DNA from: Hyphochytrium catenoides
Lineage: Eukaryota > Protista > Hyphochytriomycota
Reading direction: 5' to 3'
NCBI GenBank assembly: GCA_900088475.1
Contig: FLMG01004522.1
Coordinates: 1-32,127 of the forward strand
Length of the DNA stretch: 32,127 nucleotides
Shown: positions 1-10,229 of the stretch, one piece after another
How positions within the stretch are numbered: position 1 is the first letter of the stretch
Layout: the number at the start of each line of letters is the position of its first letter
Notes under the pieces: model-generated
Database searches by the model: none
What the model was told of the DNA's origin: nothing
What the model saw: the letters and a program-made list of their open reading frames with translations, nothing else
Translations under genes and position numbers: made by a program

Positions 1-226
1 GTCTTGTTTCTCCTCAAAAGGAGAGAGAAGACTCTGCTGCTGGAGATTCCAGTACGTGTTCTGCAGGACTCTCTCCTCGGTCGCGTCTTCTCCCAGACCC
101 TCCGCGTCCCCTGGGGCTAATTACCAACAAGGGAAGTCAGTTAGCCAGAAGAGGTATACACGGAGAGTCACAGGAAGAGAGAGAGACAGAGACAGAGACA
201 CAGAAAGAGAGAGAGAGAGAGAGAGA

Positions 227-292
<66 letters not shown>

Positions 293-1927
293 TGGAGTGA
301 GAGGAGACAATCAGAGGATAGAAGAGTACTGGAGGTAGAGCTCCATCATAAAGGACGCCAAGATTCTCCTCCCTCTCTTTCTCCCTCGTTCAAAAATAAT
401 CGCTTACCATCGCTAGCTGTCCAATTGGTCTCTTCTATTCCAAGGAGACACTGGAGCTTCTTCAGCTGTGAAAAGAATCTAAAGCGGGCAGGCGAGAAGG
501 ACATAACGTGGTGCCGATAAAGGAAATGTGAATAGGTACAATGACAGAGTGAAAGTAGCCGGCCTCGAAGGAGACAGAGAGAGGAGACTTGCGGAGGAGA
601 GAGAGAGCTTCCTGGGCCACATCAATGAAAAAAGGAAATCTAACGGAGTGGAATTGGCTCTTTTAAGTTCCATAGACTAAAGCAAGGGGACAGTCCACGA
701 TAGGCTGTCCCAAGGAAAATGGATGCTGGATAGATGGAAGAAGAGAAGCAAAGCAGAAGTGGTAGCGGCATTCGGGAGAGAGCAACAGGAAAGAGAGAGG
801 GGCACGACGGAGGGAGAGAAGGGATCCCAGGACAAATGCCATAAGCGAGAGGTTGGGGTTTCTTACCCACTGTTAGGATGCGTGGCTGGATACCACTGAG
901 TTACATAGTTGAGACTGTCGAGAAAAGACCTAGGTAGCGAAAGAAGAGAGAGAGAGAGACGGTGAGAGAAGAGTGAGAGAAGGGTGCGGAGATAAATAGA
1001 CAGAAAGAGACAGACATCGAGAAGAAGCTAAGAAAAAAAGAGAGCGAAATAGACCAGCCATGTAGCATGGTAACCGGAACCGCAACCTTCTAATCTCTTC
1101 TCTTTCGTCTAATCTCCCTCGGTTTCTCTCTTTTCTCTCTTCTTTGCTACCTTTATCAACTCTGGAACTGAACCTTCCGCACCTGATGTTCTCTTCTCTC
1201 CCTTCTTCCCCCACTTACCACTTGAAATGAGCCATGAGGTACATGATGAGGCAGGCAGGCGCTCTGCTTTTCCCTCTCAAGGAGTGGATCAGACAGCGCT
1301 CTTCCTCTTTCTCCAGCTGAGAGATAAACTCTTGGATAATGGAGAGAGGGGAAAGGTCCTTCTCGTCGTACAGAGATTGCGAGGGATCGTCATCCCAATC
1401 CAACGTCAGATAGCTTTGGAAAGGATGCAAAGAGTGCATAATGACAGAGAGAAGCGATGGAAATTGGTCAAAGAGCAAGGAAAGGAAGGCCAGAGGGAGA
1501 AAAGAGACTTAGTGCTGATGATGTAAGTAGAGAGGAGATTGAAAAGTCCGAGAGCAATGGGCTTCCCACTTAGCAACCAGTACCGCTCTTTCTCTGCGTC
1601 TCTCTCTCTCTCATTTTGTCTCTCGATGTATCTGCCCTGTTTACTCTGTCTGTCTGTCTGTCTGCCTGTGTCTTTCTCTCTCTGTGCTCTGTCTCTCTTC
1701 CTCCTGTTGCTATCTCCCTGTCTCTTTCCCTCATGTCCTCACCCTTTCTTTCCCTTCTCAGGTTTGAGATCTCTCACTTACGTGACTCCTTCTTCCTCAA
1801 AGTTGTTAGGATATTCTTTAGGGCAGCAGTTTATGATGTGCGTGATCCGCTGCTCGCTGATAAACTCCCAGTCTTGTGCCACGTCAGCGTCTCCCAGAAA
1901 GAGAGACTCAGTTATTTTTGTCCCCAT
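1..1927 (-). CDS. Dual-specificity phosphatase (DSPc) family protein, likely a pseudophosphatase; 3'-truncated by the window edge
   Basis: Hand-spliced exons 1927-1782, 1413-1219, 929-867, 478-408 and 110-1, all with GT-AG borders and matching phases. They give MGTKITESLFLGDADVAQDWEFISEQRITHIINCC...VTYLTLDWDDDPSQ...CLIHSLRGKSRAPACLIMYLMAHFKWSFLDSLNYV...PNSGFFSQLKKL...EERVLQNTYWN. This matches the DSP motifs LFLG, ITHIINC, H-x-x-x-G-x-S-R, YLM and PN-x-GF-x-x-QL. The start codon is not certain. Confidence 0.9.
170..300. repeat. (AG)n compound microsatellite in a DSP intron
   Basis: Long GA/GACA run visible directly; it generates the spurious RERE ORF 56..520. Confidence 0.95.
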
Positions 1928-2072
1928 GATGCAGGAGGAGAGAGTGAGAGAAAAAGAGAGAAATATAGAAACAGACAAGCGATAGACGCTCGGCAGAGAG
2001 GCCAACCTACGTCCGAGATGCAGGAGATCTGGTTGAGCCGACGGATGAAACCCGATAGAGCGGTCTTCCAAG

Positions 2073-2105
<33 letters not shown>

Positions 2106-2903
2106 AAGAGAGGGAGAGAAAGAGAGAGAGATAAAGAGAAGAAAAACAGAGGGAGAAGGAGAGAGATGGCCACAACAAGTGGAAGGAGCAGGATGAGTCT
2201 GCCGGCTAATGTTCCAACATCCAGTCCATTGCGCTGTGCCAAGGACAGAAGCTCACTCAGCTCGACTTAGGGCCCCGCTAGCACTAAGAGATGAACCTTT
2301 ATTGGATCACTCGATCATTGCGCTCGTCTTGATCTGTCTGTCGTTGTTTAGCATGGCCTCTTTCTCTCTACTTTTCCTCTCCTTATGGCCCCATCCGCTC
2401 TCGTTGTCTTGCTCACCCAGTCCGCAAGGTCCAACCTTGTCCTTGTAACACTTCCACTCCTCCATTCCCCCTTGGACGGAACCACTTGCAAAGACTAATA
2501 TGTCCCCGCGTCCCAGAAGAGAAGCTAGGCCTAGGCCTTGTCAAACATTTTGGCTTCCATAGCAGCTTCCTCTTCGTTCGTGTCCTCGCCCGACCGCCTC
2601 CATGCCCATCCTCCGGGCAATCCTTCCCCATCCGCCTCCAGCCCACCACCACGCGCTGCCTATAGCGGGAAAGAGCTCGCAAGCTATCTTTCTGTTGCTC
2701 TCCATCATGCTTTCTATTTCCTTTGTATCTCTGCATGTTCTTCTTCTGGTTGGCCGTGAAGTTATCTTTTCTCATTTCTTCTGCCCTATTCTTTCTTACC
2801 CTCCTCTTTGTCCCTCTCTCTCTCTCCATATGGTTGTCTGACTCTGTACGGGTGTCTCTCTCCTAACTTACCTTTCCCCTGTAGTCCTCTCATGACACTT
2901 GAG

Positions 2904-2905
<2 letters not shown>

Positions 2906-2941
<36 letters not shown>

Positions 2942-2947
2942 CTCTCC

Positions 2948-2990
<43 letters not shown>
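2906..2990. repeat. (CT)n microsatellite
   Basis: Near-perfect CT run visible directly. Confidence 0.95.
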
Positions 2991-2991
<1 letters not shown>

Positions 2992-4064
2992 TCTCACTCC
3001 CGTCCCACTTTCCTCAGATGCGAACTCCCATCATTTGCTTCTTACCAGCAAGGATGTAACCGATTTTATCTGATATCCCAATCAAATAATCGCGGTAATC
3101 ATTCTACTTATACATTATCGGTTATCATATCTCTTATGGAGCAACTAAAGACATTATTAGCAGGCCAAACCTCAAATCCTCGAAGAGATGTAGTTATCAA
3201 CTCTTTGATTATAGGAAGAAGGTGAGAAGCACTTGGTACTGTAAAGGATCTTCAAGAGCTACAGTACAGATCTTCTATCTTCCACTGCAAGCTTCAAGAT
3301 CCAATGCCCAAGCTCTTCCGTGGCGATGAAGTCATGGGCGAAGGTAGATCAGAAGAGAATGGACTTGCTTTGTCTAGGAGGTGGCGTTCTCCTCTCACTC
3401 CGCGTCCACTTCCCTGGGGCCAGTTATACGGGACCGATTTCCATATGCTCCTCCATCGGCAAAGGACGGTCCTTCCTGGCACGTCTTACATTTGGCAGGC
3501 CAGAGGTTCATGCAGCTTCTCTGACCACGAAAGAGAAGTTCATTTCCTTTGCTTGCAGTCGCCCTACGTAGTTGACTGCGCAGAAGTGTCTCTTCCTTCT
3601 GTTGACTGCGTCCTCTGAGGCAGCCTGGAGGATGTTGCACATCCTACCAAGGCCGTGTAGGGACGGGACCCAGCATTGTATAATGGCTCAAGATGACTAC
3701 GTTCCCGACTGCAAAGGAGTGTCAGACGGCAAGGCCCTAGTAATGGCTACAAGGTAAGCGTGATGAGGCGAGGAAAGTGATTGAAGGGAAGTCTTAGTGC
3801 TTTCATCTGATGGAGAACCGTTGACTACTATCCACTAATAATATCTAGCATGCTCTACAAAGTTCCCTACTGCCGTCATCTCCTCTCTTTCACGGCTTTG
3901 ATTGCTGTGTAAGAACGGCCAGCAGTCTCACGTCCCCTTTCTCTCCTGTCTTCAACATCAATGAACCAATAAATACTTTTTAGCGTCCCGTCCCTAAGCT
4001 AAGAAGCTCAGGGACTGTCCGTCGACTTGAGACTGTTGCCGTTGGCGACTTACAAGGCTTATAG

Positions 4065-5117
4065 TCACTCCCCATTGATCTGTCTGATCTCGCTCTGCCA
4101 GGCTTGATCGTGCTTCAAGATGTCAACAGGCACCCACCTCTTTCGCCCTCCCAGTTCTTCTTCCAGCACTTCTCTAATAAAGCAAGAGCGCCATGGTGCC
4201 ACTATTCCTCCGCTGCCTTGGTAGTAGAAAAGAAAGTCTTCATCTAAGAAGCGAGGAGGGACATCGTGGATCTCCACCGTCGGGCCACGATTCATCAGAA
4301 ACTCTGCATCTTTGACCTTCCACTTTCTACCAGGAGTCGGATCAAAAGGAGCTTTCCCGTCGGGCTCAGCACTGAAAATGGAAACGTTATCCCCGACCGC
4401 AGGATCTCCTACCGCTACCGTCTCGCCCTCACCAGTCTTTATCGGCTTTGGAGCACCGTACGTGACATTCTTTGCTGAGATAACAGCGCGAAAACCACAG
4501 GTTGCGTACTGGGCTGCGAGAGTCTTGATGACGGCCTTTGCAGACTCGCCCTTGAGCTCTACGTAGAAAAGGTCAGAGGGAAGTCTACCAGTACTTTCAT
4601 CTCGGAAGCGTTCGCCTTCACCTCCCTCCTCCACGTCCTTCGCGCCGATGGCGACCTTGATGGAAGGAGGAAGAGGACCGAAAGCCTTCTCAAAAGTGGA
4701 AAATAGACCTTGAGCGGACTTAGCAACGACTTCGAGGGAGTTGGTTGAAGACGAGCCGCAGCTGATCAGGGGAGCAGAAGTCGAGAGAGATCCAGTTTTC
4801 GTCTCTTCTTCCTCATAGACGTGGCACCGCTCCATAAGGAAGGCACAGCCTCCTTTGTACTCTCTCCCTCCTAGGAGCACCCAGCGAAAGGAGCGTAAGG
4901 GATAGTAAGGGTCAGCATGCTCTAAGTCGAGAAGGCCTTGAGAGGAGAGGACACCTCTCGCCCTCTCTTCATTCAGAGTCGTCCTGGCGCAAGGTGATAC
5001 TTTAGGCGTGTTGCTCGTGTTAGGAGGACCGCGCAGACGGACGGACTGGTCGCCGTTGACGCTTCCGGAGAGGACCAGGGGAAGAGCAAGGAGCATGATG
5101 GACAGTAAGGCTCTCAT
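4065..5117 (-). CDS. Secreted protein of unknown function, paralog A (350 aa, intronless)
   Basis: Uninterrupted 350-codon ORF with a signal-peptide-like N-terminus (MRALLSIMLLALPLVLSG). It is colinear with and highly similar to the ORF at 9013..10089, with many synonymous codon differences in identical peptide blocks, which supports coding status. Confidence 0.9.
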   Translation of the reverse strand: MRALLSIMLLALPLVLSGSVNGDQSVRLRGPPNTSNTPKVSPCARTTLNEERARGVLSSQGLLDLEHADPYYPLRSFRWVLLGGREYKGGCAFLMERCHVYEEEETKTGSLSTSAPLISCGSSSTNSLEVVAKSAQGLFSTFEKAFGPLPPSIKVAIGAKDVEEGGEGERFRDESTGRLPSDLFYVELKGESAKAVIKTLAAQYATCGFRAVISAKNVTYGAPKPIKTGEGETVAVGDPAVGDNVSIFSAEPDGKAPFDPTPGRKWKVKDAEFLMNRGPTVEIHDVPPRFLDEDFLFYYQGSGGIVAPWRSCFIREVLEEELGGRKRWVPVDILKHDQAWQSEIRQINGE

Positions 5118-7467
5118 TGTGATGTGCTATTGAGCTCGAAAGTTAGTGGATATTGGAGAATTCTGTTCTCTTCTTTTATCGTGGACCTGAGACGAAGGCC
5201 TCTTTGCTGGCTTATCCCGTCCGTAGTACTTCTGATGTTGACCGTTGAGCTAATAATGTGCTAGCTTGTGCTTCTTTATGAGTAAATTTGAGAATGAGCA
5301 GATGTAGCACAGAAGATACGATAACATCACTCTCCTAGTGCATGATCCAACACTGCATGTAAAAGACAGCCCTCCTACCATGACTTTGACAAGGGAAATA
5401 CGAAGGTAGCAGGGCCAAAGGCCAGGAAGAGGAAGGGAGATAGGAGGACCGTCCAGAGCTAGCTGGAGGGGGCTCGCTCTAGCGCCAATGATCACCTTAT
5501 CAGCCTGAAAAGCTTCTCCTAACGACAGGGACGATAATAAGGGAGATCGTAGTGTTTCCTCTCTCGCTTAGTCCATGATGATACTTTCCCTCTCTTCATA
5601 TGTTTGACTAGGACGCGGCGGTACGGTCATGACCCTGGTCGCCTTGGGTTTGAAAAGGTTACAGGTTACGACTGTAGGACGGCTAACAAAGCTATCAGAC
5701 TGACTGCAGACTACTAAAGAGTATAAGGAAGGAACAGCACGATGTAATTACCGCCAAACAGAGTTGACAGGCACAGCATTAAAGGCACAGAAAATGATCT
5801 GCCCTCCTTTTATGTGCCTTTCGCTGTATCTTCTTCAAGGTGCATCTCAAATCGTCTCCGTCGCAGAGGCATGAGCCTGCTGGTGACGGACGACGAGGAG
5901 AGGCGGGAACAGAAGAAGAGGCAGAACATGCGACAGAAAAGTATCAGATTATGAGGCGGTGATGGAGCAGTGACGAAGAAGCAGAACAGCGAATCTTCAT
6001 TGTGATCTTTCTTTGGTCTTTCCTTCTCATTGCGATGTGACCCAAGAGAGAGACATTTACTAAATACATCGACTCTTTCCAGAAAGGGGCAAAGAAGCCT
6101 GGGCCGTGGGGTGCCTTGCTCTCTCTCGATGGTGATGATGCAGTGTTCCAGGAATGATGCTGCAGGGTTGCATGAAGGTAAGACAGCAGCGTAGTACTGT
6201 AGAGCCAATGAATGAAGGCCTTCCTTGAACGATCTTCGGGGTTCTATTCCTCTCAGTTCTTTGAAAAAGGGTCTCTCCTACAGTATCAAGCAGGAGAGGA
6301 GGAAAGGGCCTCGAGGTATTTCCTTCTTCGTCCCTATCTTATCCGCAATTTTTGCCTCTTCTTCTCCCGCCCGTTTGGTCCTTGTAGACGCTAAAGGTTC
6401 CTACCGGTGAAGACAACCATCTCCCACCCAATCCAACCAAACCCGCATCCCTTTTGTCGCTTCAACATCATTGTCTCTACTACCTGTCAACCTCGAGCAA
6501 GAGAAGCGGTGGTTTCTCTGATCCAGTAGGAAGCTCGACAGGGTCCCTCTCTCCACCATCTTCTAGGCAATAAGAACGTATGGGGCCGATGTCACTGGAC
6601 TCTGCTTCTTCTTCGTCGTCTAACTCTCCTATCTTTTGTTCCTCGGACCGCCGCTCTCCCTGCAAAGCAATAAGAAGGTAGCCTCGCCCATCACTTGCAT
6701 CCTTGGACTAAGAAGAGGTCCATTCTTCTATAATTGACGTGCTTACACTGTTGGCCAATCAAACGACGAAGCTTGGTTGGCGGCAACAGCCAAGGGACAA
6801 GACAGTAAGCTTCTTGGTGGGTACAACATCAGGCACGCTGTTGCACCGCTTCAAGTCACTTAATTGATATTACCTCTTGAGGACGTTTTTCTGCTGCGTC
6901 ATGTTGTCAGCGAGGAGGAGGGATAAGGAAAGGCGGGTGACATGTGAGGAAGGTTTGATCGCACTAGGAATTTCTTGCTTCTTGCTCCTGGTGATGGGAT
7001 AGATGGTGGCATAGATTTTTCTTCATAGAATGATGGTAAGACCGAGACCAGTGGTGGAGGAACACAAGAATAGCGGAGAGTCAGAGAGAAGAAAGGAGGC
7101 AGGACCAATCGCTAACGGTTGGACAGACAAAGGCGTATGGTATGGGAGCAGCTTGGTTGGACAAATGAGAAGGAAGACTGCTGTGGCGGCGGCGGCATTG
7201 GCTGCTGCTCTTCTTGAGCTGTGGCGGCCACACAAAGGTTTACTTCGGATTTATTTATTGAGCTCTCTCCTATTTTTGTCTGCTTCTATAAGTTTTATGA
7301 TGATTTTGTATTGAGTATGGCAAGACTTCTTCATAGGCCACGCATTATAATGGTATATGTTTATTCATCTTTTGTAGATTTATTAGTATTTTTTATGCTA
7401 TTATTCTAGTGGGTTTGGGTGGACCAGAGGTGGGACGACAACAGACAGACCAGCTTGTGGGGCTTGC

Positions 7468-7600
7468 TCTCTCTCTCTCTCTTTCTCTNNNNNNNNNNNN
7501 NNNNNNNNNNNNNNNNNNNNNNNNNNNNNNNNNNNNNNNNNNNNNNNNNNNNNNNCTCTCTCTCTCTTTCTCTCTCTCTCTCTCACTCTCTCTCTTCGTC
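7468..7600. repeat. (CT)n microsatellite spanning assembly gap 7489-7555
   Basis: CT runs on both sides of the N-run. Confidence 0.9.
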
Positions 7601-7932
7601 TCTCTGCATGTATCCCCTCGCTCACAACTCTCAACGACCGGGCGATGAGTTCACTTCTCTTTCTCGAAGGATGGTTGTATGTCCAGGAGCTAGAAATAAT
7701 CGCCGAGCTGCTTGTCAAGCAACCAGGCCTCACCTGCACTTGAACCCTCCTAGAAGGCAAGCTGCTCTTCTCTCCGCCTTGCACTGCAGCTGATGTGGTT
7801 GCAAGCACCATTGATTGTTTATAACAATGCCGGCAAGTGCAAGAATCATGGAACAGGAAGGAGGTCTGTTCCTTGTTAGGGGTGCAGAACAAGTCGGGGA
7901 ATCCGATGCTTCTTTCTTGGTGGGCGGAGCTG

Positions 7933-7934
<2 letters not shown>

Positions 7935-7976
<42 letters not shown>

Positions 7977-8175
7977 TTCTTTCTCTCTCTCTCTCACAAT
8001 TTGACTGCTCAAAATATCCTTTCACTCGTGTCACGGCCTTTCTTCTTCCACTAGTTCCTTCTGCTTGATGTCCTACCTCTGGTCATATTTTTGTGATGAG
8101 CAGGATTCTTTTTACCTTTTTTCTCTGTTCTGTTCTTTCTCCCCTCTCTTCTCTCTTTTCTCTCTTTCGTCTCTC

Positions 8176-8221
<46 letters not shown>

Positions 8222-8225
8222 TTTC
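7935..8225. repeat. Two (CT)n-rich tracts (about 7935-7995 and 8120-8225)
   Basis: Visible directly in the sequence. Confidence 0.9.
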
Positions 8226-9012
8226 CCGTTTCTGTTCGTTGTTGGTTCGAGGAGGATTCTGTTCTTCTGTTGGCTCTACTCTTCTACTGACAACAGCCAA
8301 ATTTGGATTGGGGAACAGTGATCACGTCCCTGGTAAAGAGAGAACTCGGAGGCCAGTCGTTTACGTCTTGTCCGCTCGCCATGAAGAAGATTCTCTCCCA
8401 CTTGGTCACCCGTTGGTGTCTCCTCTCCGTCCACTCTCAGGGTGCACAAGGATGAGCGGGGGGAGGACAAGAGACAAAGCTCGGAGGAAGAAGAGAGAAT
8501 AGGAGGATAGAGGATGAGAGGTCCAGTGGAAGCTTGTCAACCGGTAGTTACACTCTCTTTCTGCCCTCTCCTCCTCCCAGTCAAAGGATTGACAATTGTG
8601 CGGGAGGCTAGTGGATCTCCGTCGTCCTCCGTTGCTGTGCTTCAAGATCAATCATCTCCTGTCAACCGTTATATCCCAAGCTGTAGGATGATTACGGTCC
8701 TCCAGGAGTGCGAGGGCAGCAGGGACGGAGAGAGAAAGAGAGAGAGAGGAGAGTAGAGAGAGAGGGGGAAAGGAGGGATGAGAGAGGAGTAAGCGAAGAA
8801 GAAGAGAGAGTCGAACCAAAGTGGCTAGCTGCACGTGAGCCTGGCACCAGTAGGTAGCTAGTTCTCACTCATAATAATTCCCTTTACTGATCAAGTCATA
8901 GACTTCAGAGCTCTTGAAGAGTTTCCTCTGAGCTAGGTCATAAGTTACAGCTTCCGATCTATCAACAACAGTTCGAGCAGCAAACTCATCACAGGAACAT
9001 CAGCACACAAAA

Positions 9013-10089
9013 ATGAGAGTACTTCTCTCCCTTGTTGCCGCCGTCTCTCTCATTTCCTCTCTCTTACCGATCAGCATTGCCCTTGAGGGACAACTGCTGC
9101 GTGGTCCCACAGCAAGCGGCGCGAAAGCTCCTTCCAAGAGTGCTACTACAGCGATAGGAAAATGCGGACGAACCCCAGAAAATGAGAGAGACGCTCGAGC
9201 GTTCCTCTCTTCTAAAGGCCTTCTCTCCTTAGAGCACAAGGATCCTTACTACCCAGCGAGATCCTTCCGCTGGGTACTCTTAGGGGGAAGAGAGTACAAG
9301 GGCGGGTGCGCCTTTGTTATTGAGCGCTGTCATCTCTATGATGGCTGGACAGAAGAGGGCTCGTCTTCCCCTACGCCACCACTGATTAGCTGTGGCTCTT
9401 TCTCATCTCAAGGCGTGGAGATCATTGCAAAATCTGCTGCCGGAACCTTTTCTTCCTTCGAGGATGCTTTCGGTCCTCTCCCTTCTTCCATTAAAGTCGC
9501 CATCGGAAGCAAAGACCTTGAAATGGATGATAAGGAAGGAGGGAAAGGGAAAAGTAAACTTCCGTCAGATTTATTCTACGTCGAGCTCAAGGGAGAGTCA
9601 GCAAAAGCCGCCATCAAGACTCTTGCAGCGCAATATGCAACCTGCGGGTTCCGCGCCGTAATCTCAGCCAAAAATGTCACCTATGGGTCGCCCAAGGAGA
9701 TACAGAGGAGCGACGGAGAGACAGAGATGGAAGGAGAGATTCCTTCAGGAAAGAATCCTACCATCCTCAGCGCTGAGCCGGATGGGAAAGCTCTCTTCGA
9801 TCCTACTCCTGGTAGGAAGTGGAAGGTCAAGGACGCAGAGTTTTTGATAAATCGAGGCCCATCGGTGGAGATCCACGACGTTCCAGCGCGCTTTCTGGAT
9901 GAAGACTTTCTCTTCTACTACCAGGGCAGCGCAGGGCGAGTGGCGCCCTGGCGGGCTTGTTTCATCAGAGAGGTGCTGGAGGAGAGGTCAGGGATGGGAC
10001 AAGGAGGGAATAGATGGCGTCCAATTGACATTGTTACCTATCATCAGCGGTGGAGTCAGGAGAGGAAGGTAGTGAATGGTGATAGGTAG
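9013..10089 (+). CDS. Secreted protein of unknown function, paralog B (358 aa, intronless)
   Basis: Uninterrupted ORF with a hydrophobic N-terminus (MRVLLSLVAAVSLISSLLPISIA). It shares the blocks RSFRWVLLGGREYKGGCAF, LPSDLFYVELKGESAKA, FDPTPGRKWKVKDAEFL and RFLDEDFLFYYQGS with paralog A. AATAAA lies downstream at 10178-10183. Confidence 0.9.
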   Translation: MRVLLSLVAAVSLISSLLPISIALEGQLLRGPTASGAKAPSKSATTAIGKCGRTPENERDARAFLSSKGLLSLEHKDPYYPARSFRWVLLGGREYKGGCAFVIERCHLYDGWTEEGSSSPTPPLISCGSFSSQGVEIIAKSAAGTFSSFEDAFGPLPSSIKVAIGSKDLEMDDKEGGKGKSKLPSDLFYVELKGESAKAAIKTLAAQYATCGFRAVISAKNVTYGSPKEIQRSDGETEMEGEIPSGKNPTILSAEPDGKALFDPTPGRKWKVKDAEFLINRGPSVEIHDVPARFLDEDFLFYYQGSAGRVAPWRACFIREVLEERSGMGQGGNRWRPIDIVTYHQRWSQERKVVNGDR

Positions 10090-10229
10090 AGAGACAGAAG
10101 AAGACGAAAGGACGACTCTGTTCTCCTGCTGCCATGCTAGACTGATAAAAGAGTTCAGCTGTAGATATAAAACATGTAATAAATCCATAGAGACCGTGAA
10201 TGAAGAGTCCATAATAGTGTTATTCAACT

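Noticed and set aside
56-520. RERE-rich and SLSL-rich ORFs here and throughout (e.g. 1539..2134, 7401..8012, 21115..22057)
   Set aside because: They are translations of AG/CT microsatellites, which lack stop codons. Several lie in introns or antisense to real genes.
640-676. Alternative terminal DSP exon (LWNLKEPIPLR*)
   Set aside because: The exon at 478-408 restores the conserved PNSGFFSQL motif and is the better join.
2417-2465. Possible upstream coding exon of the DSP gene (MEEWKCYKDKVGPCGL followed by GTGAGC)
   Set aside because: I found no convincing in-frame acceptor before 1927. It is more likely 5'UTR or chance.
5570-5705. C/D-box snoRNA candidate (ATGATGA near 5575)
   Set aside because: No properly placed CTGA with a terminal stem and no recognisable rRNA guide sequence.
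5810-6902. Minus-strand acidic ORF fragments (GELDDEEEAESS..)
   Set aside because: Could not be spliced in phase, has multiple stops and no recognisable motif. Not called as a gene.
7400-7420. Helitron 3' end (CTAG|T) or telomere-like GGGTTTGGG
   Set aside because: No subterminal GC hairpin, no identifiable 5' end, and only about one repeat unit.
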